Below, piece after piece: positions 21,431 to 32,136 of a stretch of 64,000 nucleotides of DNA. The DNA is from Terriglobia bacterium. GTDB lineage: Bacteria > Acidobacteriota > Polarisedimenticolia > Polarisedimenticolales > JAIQFR01. Positions within the stretch are counted from its first letter, which is position 1. Every line of letters begins with the position of its first letter. Where the stretch lies: NCBI GenBank assembly GCA_963748015.1, contig CAVVHE010000004.1:704001-768000 (forward strand), written 5' to 3'. The translations under genes and the position numbers were made by a program. The notes under the pieces were generated by a model that saw only the letters and a list, made by a program, of their open reading frames with translations, was not told the DNA's origin and ran no database searches.

Positions 21431-21883
21431 CTAGGACGAGGTGCTCGTCCAGGCGGGCATCGGGTTGTCGGGACGCTCGTTGTCCCACAGGATGGAGACG
21501 ATCCACCAGCGCTGCCCGTCGTCGAAGAGCTGGATGCAGTTGATCCCTCGCCAGAGGATCTCGCCGCCGGGCCGGCGCCGCGCCTCGTACGCCGAGAGCG
21601 CGTGGGCGATGTGCCCGAATCGGAAGGTCTGGCGGGCGATCTCCTGCTCGAGGAAGTCGTTCTCGGCGAAGTACGGCGAGCGCGACGCGATGTAGCCGTC
21701 CACGTCGAATACCTCGGCGACGGGGGCTCCATCGGGCTTCCGCCGGGTGGGGACGAGCCGGGCGCCCGGGAGGAAGAGCGCTCGGAACCGCGTCCAGTCG
21801 CGCGGCGCTCCGGCGACACCGGAGATGCACGCGTAGAGCGCGTCCATGACGGCGGCGATCGAAGACAGAGCGGGTTCGTGCAT
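21431..21883 (-). CDS. NTF2-like hypothetical protein
   Basis: ISG.AG..RDW.RFR.LF, FG.IAH..S.YE, RGINCIQLF.DG.RWWI pattern. Confidence 0.8.
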   Translation of the reverse strand: MHEPALSSIAAVMDALYACISGVAGAPRDWTRFRALFLPGARLVPTRRKPDGAPVAEVFDVDGYIASRSPYFAENDFLEQEIARQTFRFGHIAHALSAYEARRRPGGEILWRGINCIQLFDDGQRWWIVSILWDNERPDNPMPAWTSTSS

Positions 21884-22070
21884 GGTGAACGGGCGGAGCC
21901 TAGCTCCGTGGGCGGTCCGCGGTCAAGAGTCGCGCCTCGATCGTCGAATGGCACCGGGGAGTGCTCGGAGGACAGCCCACGACCTCGCGCCCCGGGGTAT
22001 CGCATCCACGGCCCCACGCACTAGACTGTGGAGAGCGTTTTTCTTTGCGAGCGCAGGGAGGGTGGCCTCA

Positions 22071-23366
22071 ATGTCCCAGGCGCCGGAAACCGGCCAAGGT
22101 CGGGGAAGGATGCGGGCCGCGATGCGCGCGTTCCGCCGTCCGCTGCGTATCCTCGTCTTGTCGGCCTTCGGTCTCTCCGCCGGCTTCGCGGGCGAAGTTC
22201 CATCGCCCCTGTTCTACGAGTCGGAAGCCGAGTTCCTGCAAGACGTGGACGATGGGCAGTTCGATCAGCACCTCGAGCTTCACCTCCTGGAGTACTCGGT
22301 CGACCCGCGATGGGCCGCCGACTGGGCGGCCCGGAGATACTCGAGCGGCGGCCTGCTCGGGACCTACGGCTCCATCTCGTCGCAGCAACTCTTCGTGGAC
22401 AGCGATATCGCGCTGAACGTCTTCCCTCACGATCGATTCCAGCTCCGGTACGAGTGGAAGGCGTACCAGGAGAAGCGCTTCGACGTCTCGGAGCAGCGCC
22501 TGGACGCGGTGTGGTACGCGGCCTCCGGCTGGGGCGTCGTCTTCACCTGCTGGCCGGCCTACCAGAAGGAAGAGATCGCGGGGGGCCTCGGGTTCAAGAT
22601 CGGGAAACCGAAGAGCGCGAAGTACCTGGTCGTGCGCGCGGTGGACGAGCGCCTCGTGTGGAACGAGAAGACCGAGAGCGGCGTTCGATTCGGCGGCAGA
22701 CCCCTCCGCATCGTCGCGGACGGGAACTACGACGGCGGCCGCTACCGGGTGAGCGGCTCCGTGGACTACGGTCTGCCCTACGAGGCCGTCGAGGAGGCGC
22801 CTGGCGCCGAGGTGGCCGAGCGCACGGTGCGTGGCCACCAGAGGTTCGGGGACGTGGCCGTGGAAAGGTCTTGGGAGGGCTGGGCGGCCGGTGTCCGCTT
22901 GACTCTCGGCTCGTTGGCCCGGCGGCAGGAGGACTCCTCGGGAGCGGTGTTCGACCTGGACCGGGCTTACGGCAGGGTGATCGTGAGCGGGCGGCGGGAG
23001 ATGAAGGGGTGGACGGCCTTCGGCTTGGCGGGTGCCGTCCGACAGCGGGACGAGTTCAGCTCCCCCGAGTATCCCGCGAGCGTCTACACGATGAACGCCA
23101 TCGTGATCGGCGCGGAGGGGAGCAAGCGCGTCGGAAAGGGCCTGGACCTGCGCGCCGGGTACCTTGGCAATTCCTGGCGCGGTGAACGGACGGGCTCCGG
23201 CGACGGCCTTCTCTCCGCCCAAGAAGATGACACCTACGCCGACAAGGTCCACTTCCGGGCGCTCTACACGTTCCGGCCGCAGATGGCGTTCGAGTTCTTG
23301 CTCTCGCAGACGCTCAGCGGCTCCCGGTTCGGGGGCGCTTCGCTGAAGGCGCTCCTGGTCTTCTGA
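22071..23366 (+). CDS. Hypothetical outer-membrane beta-barrel protein
   Basis: Signal-like N-terminus, alternating beta-strand pattern, C-terminal Phe; GGGAGG RBS. Confidence 0.65.
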   Translation: MSQAPETGQGRGRMRAAMRAFRRPLRILVLSAFGLSAGFAGEVPSPLFYESEAEFLQDVDDGQFDQHLELHLLEYSVDPRWAADWAARRYSSGGLLGTYGSISSQQLFVDSDIALNVFPHDRFQLRYEWKAYQEKRFDVSEQRLDAVWYAASGWGVVFTCWPAYQKEEIAGGLGFKIGKPKSAKYLVVRAVDERLVWNEKTESGVRFGGRPLRIVADGNYDGGRYRVSGSVDYGLPYEAVEEAPGAEVAERTVRGHQRFGDVAVERSWEGWAAGVRLTLGSLARRQEDSSGAVFDLDRAYGRVIVSGRREMKGWTAFGLAGAVRQRDEFSSPEYPASVYTMNAIVIGAEGSKRVGKGLDLRAGYLGNSWRGERTGSGDGLLSAQEDDTYADKVHFRALYTFRPQMAFEFLLSQTLSGSRFGGASLKALLVF

Positions 23367-23491
23367 ACTCGGCCTCGAGGGTCATTCCTTCCCGTCGCAA
23401 TCCAAAAGTCGGCGTATATTCGCGACCTGGCGAAGGGCCGCGCGCGGGCGCGGCCGAGGTATGCCCGCCCGCGGGACGGACGGAGGCGAAG

Positions 23492-26400
23492 GTGGCGCGC
23501 GGTCTCACGAAGTTGCTGTTGCTGCTGGCGGTCATGGTGCCCGTCGCCGTCCTGGCGGATACGTACGACACGGCCACCCTGGTGAGCATCACGACGTCGA
23601 GCAAGGAAGAGGTCAAGCTCCTCCTCGACGGCGGCATCGACGTCGTGGGTGTGCGCGGCGGGGTCTACAAGGCGCTCGTCACCGCGGGGCAGCTGGAGGC
23701 CCTTTCCGCGACGGGAATGAAGGTCGAGGTTCTCTACTCGGAGATGCAGGAGGACCGCGATCGCTGGGCTGCGGCGTCGGCGTCGTACGTCGACGCGACG
23801 AGCTACTACGTCCCTTCGAAGTTCACGATGACGAGCCCGCCGGCCGGCAGCCTGATGGAGCATCTCCTCCAGCAGTACAACGCCCACCCCGACGTCACGC
23901 GCCTGTACAACCTCGGGGCGAGCCAGGACGGCGCGTACGACGTCGTCGCGATGAAGGTCACGAGGAATCCGGACGCGATCGAGGCCGAGCCCAAGATCCG
24001 CATCTACGCGAACATCCACGGCGACGAAAAGGGCGGCCTCATGGTCGCGTGCGACGTGCTGGACACGATCCTGGCCGGGTACGGGGCGGCGCCGCAGGAC
24101 CCCGTCGCGAAGAAGCTCGTGGACGAGGCGGAGATGTGGTTCATCCCGATGGGGAACCCGTACGGGAACGCGAACAACACCCGTTACAACAGCCGCGGGA
24201 TCGACCTCAATAGGAACTTCTGGGGCCCCGCGGGCTCGGACGCGCCGCCGGCCTGGTCGGAGAAGGAAACCCAGATCGTCCGGGATCTCACCGAAGCCTC
24301 CACCGCGGACCACTCCAAGAAGCGGTTCGCCGTGTCGATTTCCTTCCACGAGGGCGAGGTGGTCTTCAACTCGATCTGGAACTACACCACCGAGGCGCCG
24401 AGCGACGAGCCGATCTTCTGGTCCTCCAGGACGGGCGGGACGGGGTGCGGGAGCCAGACCGTTCCCAACTGTCCCACGCTGGCGCCCCACGGCCTGGCGC
24501 AGGCGTACAAGGACGGCTGCACGACGCCGGGATTCTGGTACACCGAGGGATACGACTGGTACGGCACGCGCGGGGACACGAACGACTGGGCGTATGGAGC
24601 CTGGACGGACCTGGACACGACCGTCGAGCTGAATGCCGTGAAGACGCCCCCGGCGTCCTCGATCCCGACCTACTGCGCTCAGCACCGGCAGGGGGTGCTC
24701 AACTACATGATGAAGGTGTTCCAGGGGATCCACGGCGTCATGACCGACCAGGTCACCGGCGCTCCGCTCGACGGGACGGTGGCGGTGACGGCGACCGCCT
24801 CGCCCGGCATCCCGGTGCCGCATCCTTACCAGGCCGTCTACACGGATCCGGTGGCGGGGGACTTCCACAGGGTCCTGCAGCCGGGGACGTACACGGTGGT
24901 CTGCAACGCCCCGGGGTACATGACGACCACGATCACGGGTGTCGAGGTGAGCGCCGACGCCGGAACGGTCGCCAACTGCGCCATGAACCCGACCGGGCTC
25001 GCGTACGTGTCATCCGCGCTCGCGGATTCCTGCTCCGCCGGCGGAGCGTACGACGGGGACGGCATCCTGGACGCGGGCGAGGACGCCACGCTCTCCGTCA
25101 CCCTTCGGAACCCCGGCTCGGCGCCGGCGACTTCCGTCCAGGGCACGATCGCGACGTCCGCGCCGGGCGTGAGCGTCACGAGGAGCACGGCTTCGTTCGC
25201 GGACGTCCCGGGCGGTGGAACGGCGCCGAGCGCCGCCCCGCACTTCGGGTTCCGCGTGGGCGGCGGCGTGGCGTGCGGCACGGCGATCCCGTTCGGCATT
25301 CACATGACGTCGGCGCAGGGCGCCTGGGACGACGCCTTGACGGTCGCGGTGGGGCAGACGACGGGCGGGGTCCCGCAGACGCTTCTCGCCGAGGGTTTCG
25401 ACGGCACCGTCTTCCCGCCCGCGGGCTGGTCCCAGGTGGACGTCGGCGGAACCGCCGGGAACTGGGCGCGGAGCACGAACACGGTCCACCCGTCGGGGGG
25501 AGGCACGCACGGCGGCGCCGGGCTGGCGTACTTCAACTCGTACACGGCCGCGTCCGGCAATGCCACGCGGCTCCACAGGACCTCGGGAATCGCGATACCG
25601 GCAGCGGCGGCGTCGGCGGCCCTGACCTTCTGGATGTACCACGACACCCACCTCCCGGCCTCCAACGACCAGGTGCAGCCCCAGGTCTCCACGAACGGCA
25701 CGACGTGGAGCTCGGCGGGAGCGGCGATCTCGCGGTACGACGGGTCCACCGGATGGAAATTGCACACCGTTCCCCTCGCGGGGTACATCGGCCAGTCGGG
25801 GGTCCAGATCGGGTTCCTGGGAATCAGCCTCTACGGCTATGACTGCCACCTCGACGACATCCAGGTGACGTACACGCTGCCGAGCACGTGCACGATGCAC
25901 GCATGCCCGTCGGCGCCGAGCGCCGACCTGGCGGCGACGATCGCGGCGCCGGCCTCGGCGGCGACCTACGGGCAGGTCGCCTACTCGATCGGGGTGGCCA
26001 ACTACGGTCCCGACGGGGCGGCCGGGGCGCAACTCGCCACGTCCACTCCGGCCAGGACCACGTTCGTCTCGATGAGCGCGCCGGCCGGCTGGAGCTTGCT
26101 CGACGCCCGCCGCCGGCGCGAACGGGACGGTGGGGTGCTCGTCGGACACGCTGGCGCCGGGCGCGTCGGCCGCCTTCACGATGGTGGTGCAGGTGGACGG
26201 CTGCTCCGGGAACGGCACGGTGATCGGCGGGAGCGCCAGCGTGTGGAGCTCGACCTCGGATCCGGTCGCGCCGAACAACGCCGCCTCGACGGGCACGACG
26301 GTGGTGGACGGCGGCGCGTGCGACGACGGCAACGCGTGCACGGAAACCGACACGTGCGACGCGGGCGCCTGCGTGGGCTCGAACCCGTCCCCGGCTCCTC

Positions 26401-26717
26401 TCGAAGTGGACGACGGGGTGCGCCTGGGCAAGAGCGGTGCGGAAGCGCTGATTCACTGGAATCTCGCGTCCTTCGCGAACGCGTCCGACGTCCTCAGGGG
26501 AGCGCTGCACGCGCTGCCGGTCGGTTCCGACGTCGGCGCCGAGACGTGCTTCGAGAACCTCGCGGGCACCGACGCGACGGACCCGGATGTACCCGTCTCG
26601 AACGCGGGCTACTGGTACCTCGTGCGAGGCCGCAGCGCCTGCGGGATCGGACCCTACGGGTTTGAGGGGCAGAACGGGGCGCCGGCGGCACCCCGCGTCA
26701 GCACGGCCTGTCCGTAG
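23492..26717 (+). CDS. Secreted M14 zinc carboxypeptidase with accessory domains and shared C-terminal domain (frameshift near 26096)
   Basis: IHGDE, GNPYG, RYNSRGIDLNRNF, SFH, ND W motifs. Removing one T at 26096-26097 joins it to the 26130..26717 frame ending in the shared CTD. Confidence 0.85.
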
Positions 26718-26784
26718 AGGACAAGCGGGCTCTGAGCGTTTGGGGATTCCCGGGCTCGTCCCGGCCGGGTGAAGGGGGGGCGTC

Positions 26785-27366
26785 GTGAGCCACAGGGTTT
26801 GCCCTTGGTGGCTGGGCTGGTTTCTGATCAGCCCCGTTCGCCGGTTCGCGCACGACCCGGGCCGGATCGTCGGTCCCTTTCTTCGGCCCGGCATGCTGGC
26901 CGTCGATTTCGGCTGCGGCATGGGCCACTTCAGCCTTCCGATGGCGCGGATGGTGGGCCGGTCCGGCCGCGTCGTCTGCGTGGACGTTCAAGAAAAGATG
27001 CTGGCCGGACTCCGGCGCCGGGCCGCCAAGGCGGGTCTGGCGGATCGGATGGACCTTCGCGGCGTGACGATGGGGGAAACGGGGCTCTCGGACCTGTCCG
27101 GGCGCGCGGATTTCATCCTCCTGATGTTCGTCGTCCACGAGGTTCCGGATCCCGGCCGGCTGTTCCGGGACCTGGCGGCCGCACTGGCTCCCGGAGGCCG
27201 GCTGCTCCTCGCCGAGCCGGTGTTCCACGTGAGGGAGAAGGCGTTCACCGAGACCGTGGCCGCCGCGGAGAAGGCCGGCCTCACGGTCCTGAATCGGCTC
27301 GCGATCCGCAGGGCCCGCGCCGCGCTGCTCGGCTTGGCGGCGGCCCGAGGCCGGTCGGAGACCTGA
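26785..27366 (+). CDS. Class I SAM-dependent methyltransferase
   Basis: HRVCPWW N-terminus, VDFGCGMGHF, VDVQ, HEVPD, PGGRLL. Confidence 0.9.
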   Translation: MSHRVCPWWLGWFLISPVRRFAHDPGRIVGPFLRPGMLAVDFGCGMGHFSLPMARMVGRSGRVVCVDVQEKMLAGLRRRAAKAGLADRMDLRGVTMGETGLSDLSGRADFILLMFVVHEVPDPGRLFRDLAAALAPGGRLLLAEPVFHVREKAFTETVAAAEKAGLTVLNRLAIRRARAALLGLAAARGRSET

Positions 27367-27455
27367 GGTCGGGGCGAAAACGCGAGAGATCTGGACCCTT
27401 CCGGACAATCCCCATCCCGTTCCTTCCGTAGACGGAGCCGTTGACGGCTTTGCCC

Positions 27456-27484
27456 TTGACGCCGACAGCGCCCGGCCGTATGCA
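27456..27484 (+). promoter_or_regulatory. Putative sigma-70 promoter
   Basis: TTGACG-N17-TATGCA upstream of the CDS at 27533. Confidence 0.4.
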
Positions 27485-27532
27485 AGCAATGCACACGCGC
27501 TGGAAGGGCGCGTTTTCATCCAGGGGGAAGCC

Positions 27533-30500
27533 ATGCGCCGACCTGCCCTTCCGTCCCTCTTGCTCTTTCTCTTCATCGGTTTTGTGCTCACGACGACGGT
27601 CGCGAACGCGTCCGTCGTGTACTACGTGAAGCCGGGAGGCAGCGATCTCCTCCCCGGCACGAGTTGGGCTCTGGCCAAGGCGACCGTGCAGGCCGCGATC
27701 AGCACCGCGTCCGAGGGGGACGAGATCTGGGTCGCGGCGGGCACCTACACCGCGCACCTCACGAACAAGGTCGTCGGGGAACTTGCCGTGAACACCGCGC
27801 TTTACGGCGGGTTCGGCGGGACCGAGACGAGCCGCGCGCAGCGCAACCCCTCGGCCAACGTCACAATCCTCGACGGCACCAACAACGGCATCGTCTTCAC
27901 CATCGACCACCTGGCCGGTCCGGGGACGCGGGTGGACGGCTTCACGATCCGTAACGGGTATGCCACCGGCTTCACGAGCTACGGAGGTGCGTTCCACATC
28001 CTGGGATCGGCCCCGACGATCGCCGGCAACGTGATCACGGGGAACACCGCCGACGGGCTGGGCGGAGCGATCCTGCTCGCGGGGTACAAGACGACCGCGC
28101 CGGCCGGCCATGCCGTCATCTCGCGAAACACGTTCTACTTCAACCGGTCGGGCGACGGGGGCGCGGGGATCGCGATCATCGGGTCGTCGCCGGAGATCAG
28201 CAACAACATCTTCGCGCTGAACTACACGACGGGAACTGGTGGGGCCATCGGCTGTTGGACCATGGACTCGGCCAAGGTCTGCTCCCCGACGATCGCGAAC
28301 AACTTCATCTACGAGAACGGGACGAACTACAACGAGACCGGCGCGCGCCTCGGCGGAGGGGCGATCTACGCCACCTCGGACGCGACGGACGGCCGCCCCG
28401 TGGCGTTCGGCATCAGCGCGCCGCTGATCGTCAACAACGTGATCGCGGCCAACGGCGCCGCGCGCTCGGGCGGCGGTATCGTGCTGGTGGACTCGAACAT
28501 CCAGTCCGCGACGGTCGTCAACAACACGATCTTCGGAAACAACGGGTCCGGCATCTACTGGGCCCAGACGTTTCCCACGATCGCGAACAACATCGTCGCC
28601 TTCAATACGTGGGGGCTCGAGCGGGAGAACGAGGGGCCGACGGCGGCCGTGGTCCGGTACAACGACGTTTACGGCAACACGGTCCGGGGGGAGCGGTCGG
28701 ACTACCAGGGGATCGGCGATCTCACCGGCCTCGACGGGAACATCTCGGCCGACCCGTGGCTCGACGACTACGGCACGGGGCGCTGGCACATCGAGCCCGA
28801 CTCACCGTGCCGCGACGCCGGGGACGCTCTGGCCGTCCCCGGCGTCTGGCCGGACCTCGACGGGCAGGCGCGCATTCTCGGCTCTTCAGTGGACATCGGC
28901 GCCGACGAGTCCGACGGTCGGGCTTGGGTTTCTCCGATCCCCGTCCTTCACGTCCGGACCGGTGGGAGCGACTCCGCCGACGGCCTCGGCTGGGCGACCG
29001 CCAAGGCCACCCTGCTCGCCGGGGTCACGGCGGCGTACAACGCGGGGGGCGAACTGTGGGTGGAGCAGGGAGTCTACGCGGGGCACTTCCGGCTTCCCGC
29101 GTGGGTTCACATGTACGGCGGGTTCAACGGGACGGAGACGTCGCGCGCGGCGCGGAACTCCGCGGAGAATGTCACCGTGATCGACGGCGGCGGCACCCCG
29201 GGAGTGGTGTCGAGCAGCCTGGGCGGGCATCTCATCAGCGCCCTCGACGGGTTCACGGTCCGGAACGGCGGCGTGTTCACCGGCGGAGTGTACTCGGCAG
29301 GCGGGCCCGGCGGACGGGGTGGGGGAATCGACTGCAACGTGTCCTCACCCATCATCGCCAACAACGTCATCACCAGGAACTCGCTGGGGAGCGATTTCAC
29401 CTCCGATGCCGCGGACGGCGCCGGGATCGGCATGTACGCTAGCTACGCCACGGTCGCCGGCAACACGTTTTTCGACAACGAAATCCTCAACGATTACAGC
29501 TACGGCGGGGCGATGTTCATCACGTCGTCCATGCCGCTCGTCAGGGGCAACGACTTCCACGCGAACCACGCGCCGTACGGCTCGGCGATCTACGCCTACA
29601 CCTCGTTCCCGGCCATCGTCGGGAACGTCTTCTCGAACAACTCGGGATACGTCCTGCAGCCGATGTACTTCGGCTCGGTCACGGGGGCGGTGGACATCGA
29701 GCTGTGCGGCGACGTTTACTTCGCGCGCAACACCCTTACCGGCAACCGAGCCTCGACCGGAGGCGGGCTCACCGTGCAATCGACGTTCGAGGGGCGCATC
29801 GTCGACAACGTGTTCTACGCCAACGTCGCCTACGACGCAGCGGGAGCCGGCGGCGGGGGAATCGGCGGCGGGGCGTATGTCGAGGTCAGCGCGGCGCCCT
29901 CCGGACTCCTGGAGATCGAGAACAACACCTTCGCCGACAACACCGCGAGCGACGCCTTCCTCGGGGAGCGCGGAGGCGCGCTGGCGATCACTCCGCTGTC
30001 GGGTTCCTCGGTCATCGCCAACAACGTCATGGCTTTCAACTCCTCGGGGATCTGGCGGCATCCCGGGGCTTCGTTCTATCCGACCGTCGTGACGAACGAC
30101 CTGTACAACGCAAGCGGGAAGGACTACATCAACCTGCCGCCGGGGCCGACCGATATCGGCTCGGATCCGTCGTTCGCGAATCGCGCCGGCGGCAACCTGC
30201 GGGTCTTGTCCACGTCGGCCTGCGTGGACGCCGGCACGAGCTCCGAGGTGGCCCCGGGCGAGACCGACCGCGACGGGGCGACGCGCACCCAGGACGGGAA
30301 CGCCGACGGTTTGGCGGTCGTGGACATCGGGGCGTACGAGGTGTCCCCCGACAGCGACGGCGACGGCGTTCCCGATTGGCTGGACTGCGCGCCCTACAAC
30401 CCGTCGACGTCGTTGCCTCCGCCCGAGGTGGCCGGGCTTCTGGTTTCGTGGCAATACTCCACGACGGTCACGTGGACGGCGCAGGAAACGGGCATCGTCT

Positions 30501-30724
30501 ACGACGTCGTGGGAGGCGTCATCGGCAACCTGCGCGTCGACGGCGGAGTCCTGGGTGCGACGTGCCTCGACGACGACGGCGTGCTGGCGTCGTGGACGGA
30601 TCCGCGAAGCGCTCCCGCGCCGGGGGCGGGTTGGTACTACCTCGTGCGCGCCGAGAACTACTGCAGGGGCACGTACGGGACCGGCGGCGGTAGCGAGCGC
30701 AAGCCGGAAGTGGATTGCCCGTAG
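27533..30724 (+). CDS. Secreted right-handed parallel beta-helix protein (two modules) with shared C-terminal domain
   Basis: Signal peptide; repeated NN.I..N..GGAI; two W..AKAT..E.WV..G.Y..YGGF.GTE modules; SPC.DAG..DIGA.E motifs. Confidence 0.88.
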   Translation: MRRPALPSLLLFLFIGFVLTTTVANASVVYYVKPGGSDLLPGTSWALAKATVQAAISTASEGDEIWVAAGTYTAHLTNKVVGELAVNTALYGGFGGTETSRAQRNPSANVTILDGTNNGIVFTIDHLAGPGTRVDGFTIRNGYATGFTSYGGAFHILGSAPTIAGNVITGNTADGLGGAILLAGYKTTAPAGHAVISRNTFYFNRSGDGGAGIAIIGSSPEISNNIFALNYTTGTGGAIGCWTMDSAKVCSPTIANNFIYENGTNYNETGARLGGGAIYATSDATDGRPVAFGISAPLIVNNVIAANGAARSGGGIVLVDSNIQSATVVNNTIFGNNGSGIYWAQTFPTIANNIVAFNTWGLERENEGPTAAVVRYNDVYGNTVRGERSDYQGIGDLTGLDGNISADPWLDDYGTGRWHIEPDSPCRDAGDALAVPGVWPDLDGQARILGSSVDIGADESDGRAWVSPIPVLHVRTGGSDSADGLGWATAKATLLAGVTAAYNAGGELWVEQGVYAGHFRLPAWVHMYGGFNGTETSRAARNSAENVTVIDGGGTPGVVSSSLGGHLISALDGFTVRNGGVFTGGVYSAGGPGGRGGGIDCNVSSPIIANNVITRNSLGSDFTSDAADGAGIGMYASYATVAGNTFFDNEILNDYSYGGAMFITSSMPLVRGNDFHANHAPYGSAIYAYTSFPAIVGNVFSNNSGYVLQPMYFGSVTGAVDIELCGDVYFARNTLTGNRASTGGGLTVQSTFEGRIVDNVFYANVAYDAAGAGGGGIGGGAYVEVSAAPSGLLEIENNTFADNTASDAFLGERGGALAITPLSGSSVIANNVMAFNSSGIWRHPGASFYPTVVTNDLYNASGKDYINLPPGPTDIGSDPSFANRAGGNLRVLSTSACVDAGTSSEVAPGETDRDGATRTQDGNADGLAVVDIGAYEVSPDSDGDGVPDWLDCAPYNPSTSLPPPEVAGLLVSWQYSTTVTWTAQETGIVYDVVGGVIGNLRVDGGVLGATCLDDDGVLASWTDPRSAPAPGAGWYYLVRAENYCRGTYGTGGGSERKPEVDCP

Positions 30725-30741
30725 GCGTCGGATCGGAGGAA

Positions 30742-30939
30742 TCAGTGGGATAGCTCGGCGCGGCCGGCGCTCGAGGTGTCGAGCTTCGCCCGGATCATCT
30801 TCTCCCATGCCTCGGCCTGGTAGTCGTCGATCCACTGCATGGATCGGTAGCGTTCGATCATGCGCAGCGCCGCGGGGAGTTCCTGCGGTTGCAGGTAATC
30901 CAGCGAGCGGCGAAACGCCTCGATCGTCACCCGGGTCAT
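30742..30939 (-). CDS. Small hypothetical protein (65 aa)
   Basis: Normal composition and codon bias; TAACTT 6 nt before the ATG. Confidence 0.55.
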   Translation of the reverse strand: MTRVTIEAFRRSLDYLQPQELPAALRMIERYRSMQWIDDYQAEAWEKMIRAKLDTSSAGRAELSH

Positions 30940-31115
30940 GCTAAGAAGTTACGGCGAAATCCGGCTTTTGGGGAGCGGTTTGCGACGCCCCGCCGGCACC
31001 CGGACACCGACTGCTCGGACAGCTTTTTCCGCGTCTTCGAGGTCGAGAACGGCACAAGACCCTTCTCCGCGCGACACGACGCCGGGCGGCGGGAGGGAAT
31101 TGGAAGCTCGGAGCC

Positions 31116-31156
31116 AAAAGAAAAAGCGCCCGGTGCCGGGGGGCAAGGCCGGGCGC
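31116..31156 (-). terminator. Rho-independent terminator
   Basis: Minus strand GCGCCCGG..CCGGGCGC stem followed by TTTTTCTTTT. Confidence 0.65.
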
Positions 31157-31382
31157 GCACTGCAATTGCCTAATACTTACCGCAAAATCGGTTCTCCGTC
31201 CACCTGTGAATTCCTTGCGGGCCGCGGGCGACCTCGAGAAACCCACGGTCCGCCCGTCCGGGTTTCCGCTTTCGGGTGACGATTCCGTCATCGCGGGGAG
31301 CACGCTTGGGGGAAAAGCGCGCGGAACCCGCCCCGGCGGGCGCGTCGGTTGGGGGGCACGCCGCGTGCAACCGCCTGATGCC

Positions 31383-32048
31383 ATGGAACAGGCCTTCTGC
31401 CAGGTCTGCGTCACGCAGCATGGCGAGCAGGAAGACTGCCCGGGAGAGCTGCGCCCGACGGGACCCGAGCGGCACGGCTGGGCGGTCGCGGTGGACGCGG
31501 CGCGCGGGGTCGACCTCTACGGGGTCGTCGTCGCGCCGAGCGCGGCGAGATGGCGCGCGCGGATCGTGACCTACCCGCACGCGCCGTGGACGAGCCCGGG
31601 GAGCGGCTGCCCCTTGAAGTTCGTCGGCTCGACGTCGGAGGAGGCCGAGGCCAAGGCGCTCGGGTACGTCCTCCGCTGGTGCGCCGAACGGAATCGCAAC
31701 CCGCGCGACGGCTACGGCCCGTGGAGCCTGCCGGGCCGCTTGTCGTCGCGAGGGGTGCCGCCGCGCAAGCGCAGGTCGCTCGCGGTCCGCTACGGCGTGG
31801 AAGGGATCACCGCGCTCACCACCACGGCGAACGTCTCGACCGGAGGAATGTTCGTGACCGCGCAGGTGCCGCTGCCCGAGGAGGCACCGCTCGAAATCGA
31901 GCTCGAGATCTACGGCTGCACGACCCTCCTGCGCGGCGTCGTGGTCTGGCGGCGCGAGAAACTGGAGCCGGGCCGGCCGCGGGGGATGGGCGTGCGCCTT
32001 CTAGACCCGCCGCCGGTCTACAAGTTGTTCGTTCACGCCTTGAACTAG
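31383..32048 (+). CDS. PilZ domain protein with N-terminal Cys/His cluster
   Basis: RKRR..V and NVSTGGMF PilZ motifs, GVVVW..GMGV; N-terminal CQVC...H.....C. Confidence 0.75.
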   Translation: MEQAFCQVCVTQHGEQEDCPGELRPTGPERHGWAVAVDAARGVDLYGVVVAPSAARWRARIVTYPHAPWTSPGSGCPLKFVGSTSEEAEAKALGYVLRWCAERNRNPRDGYGPWSLPGRLSSRGVPPRKRRSLAVRYGVEGITALTTTANVSTGGMFVTAQVPLPEEAPLEIELEIYGCTTLLRGVVVWRREKLEPGRPRGMGVRLLDPPPVYKLFVHALN

Positions 32049-32092
32049 CGCGCCACCCGCCTCGCTCGGCGAGTTCGACCGGGTCGTTTTCC

Positions 32093-32121
32093 TTGACTGG
32101 AGCGGCCAGCTTGAGTAAATA
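32093..32121 (+). promoter_or_regulatory. Putative sigma-70 promoter
   Basis: TTGACT-N17-TAAATA just upstream of 32137. Confidence 0.4.
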
Positions 32122-32136
32122 GCACGCAAGTGGGCG

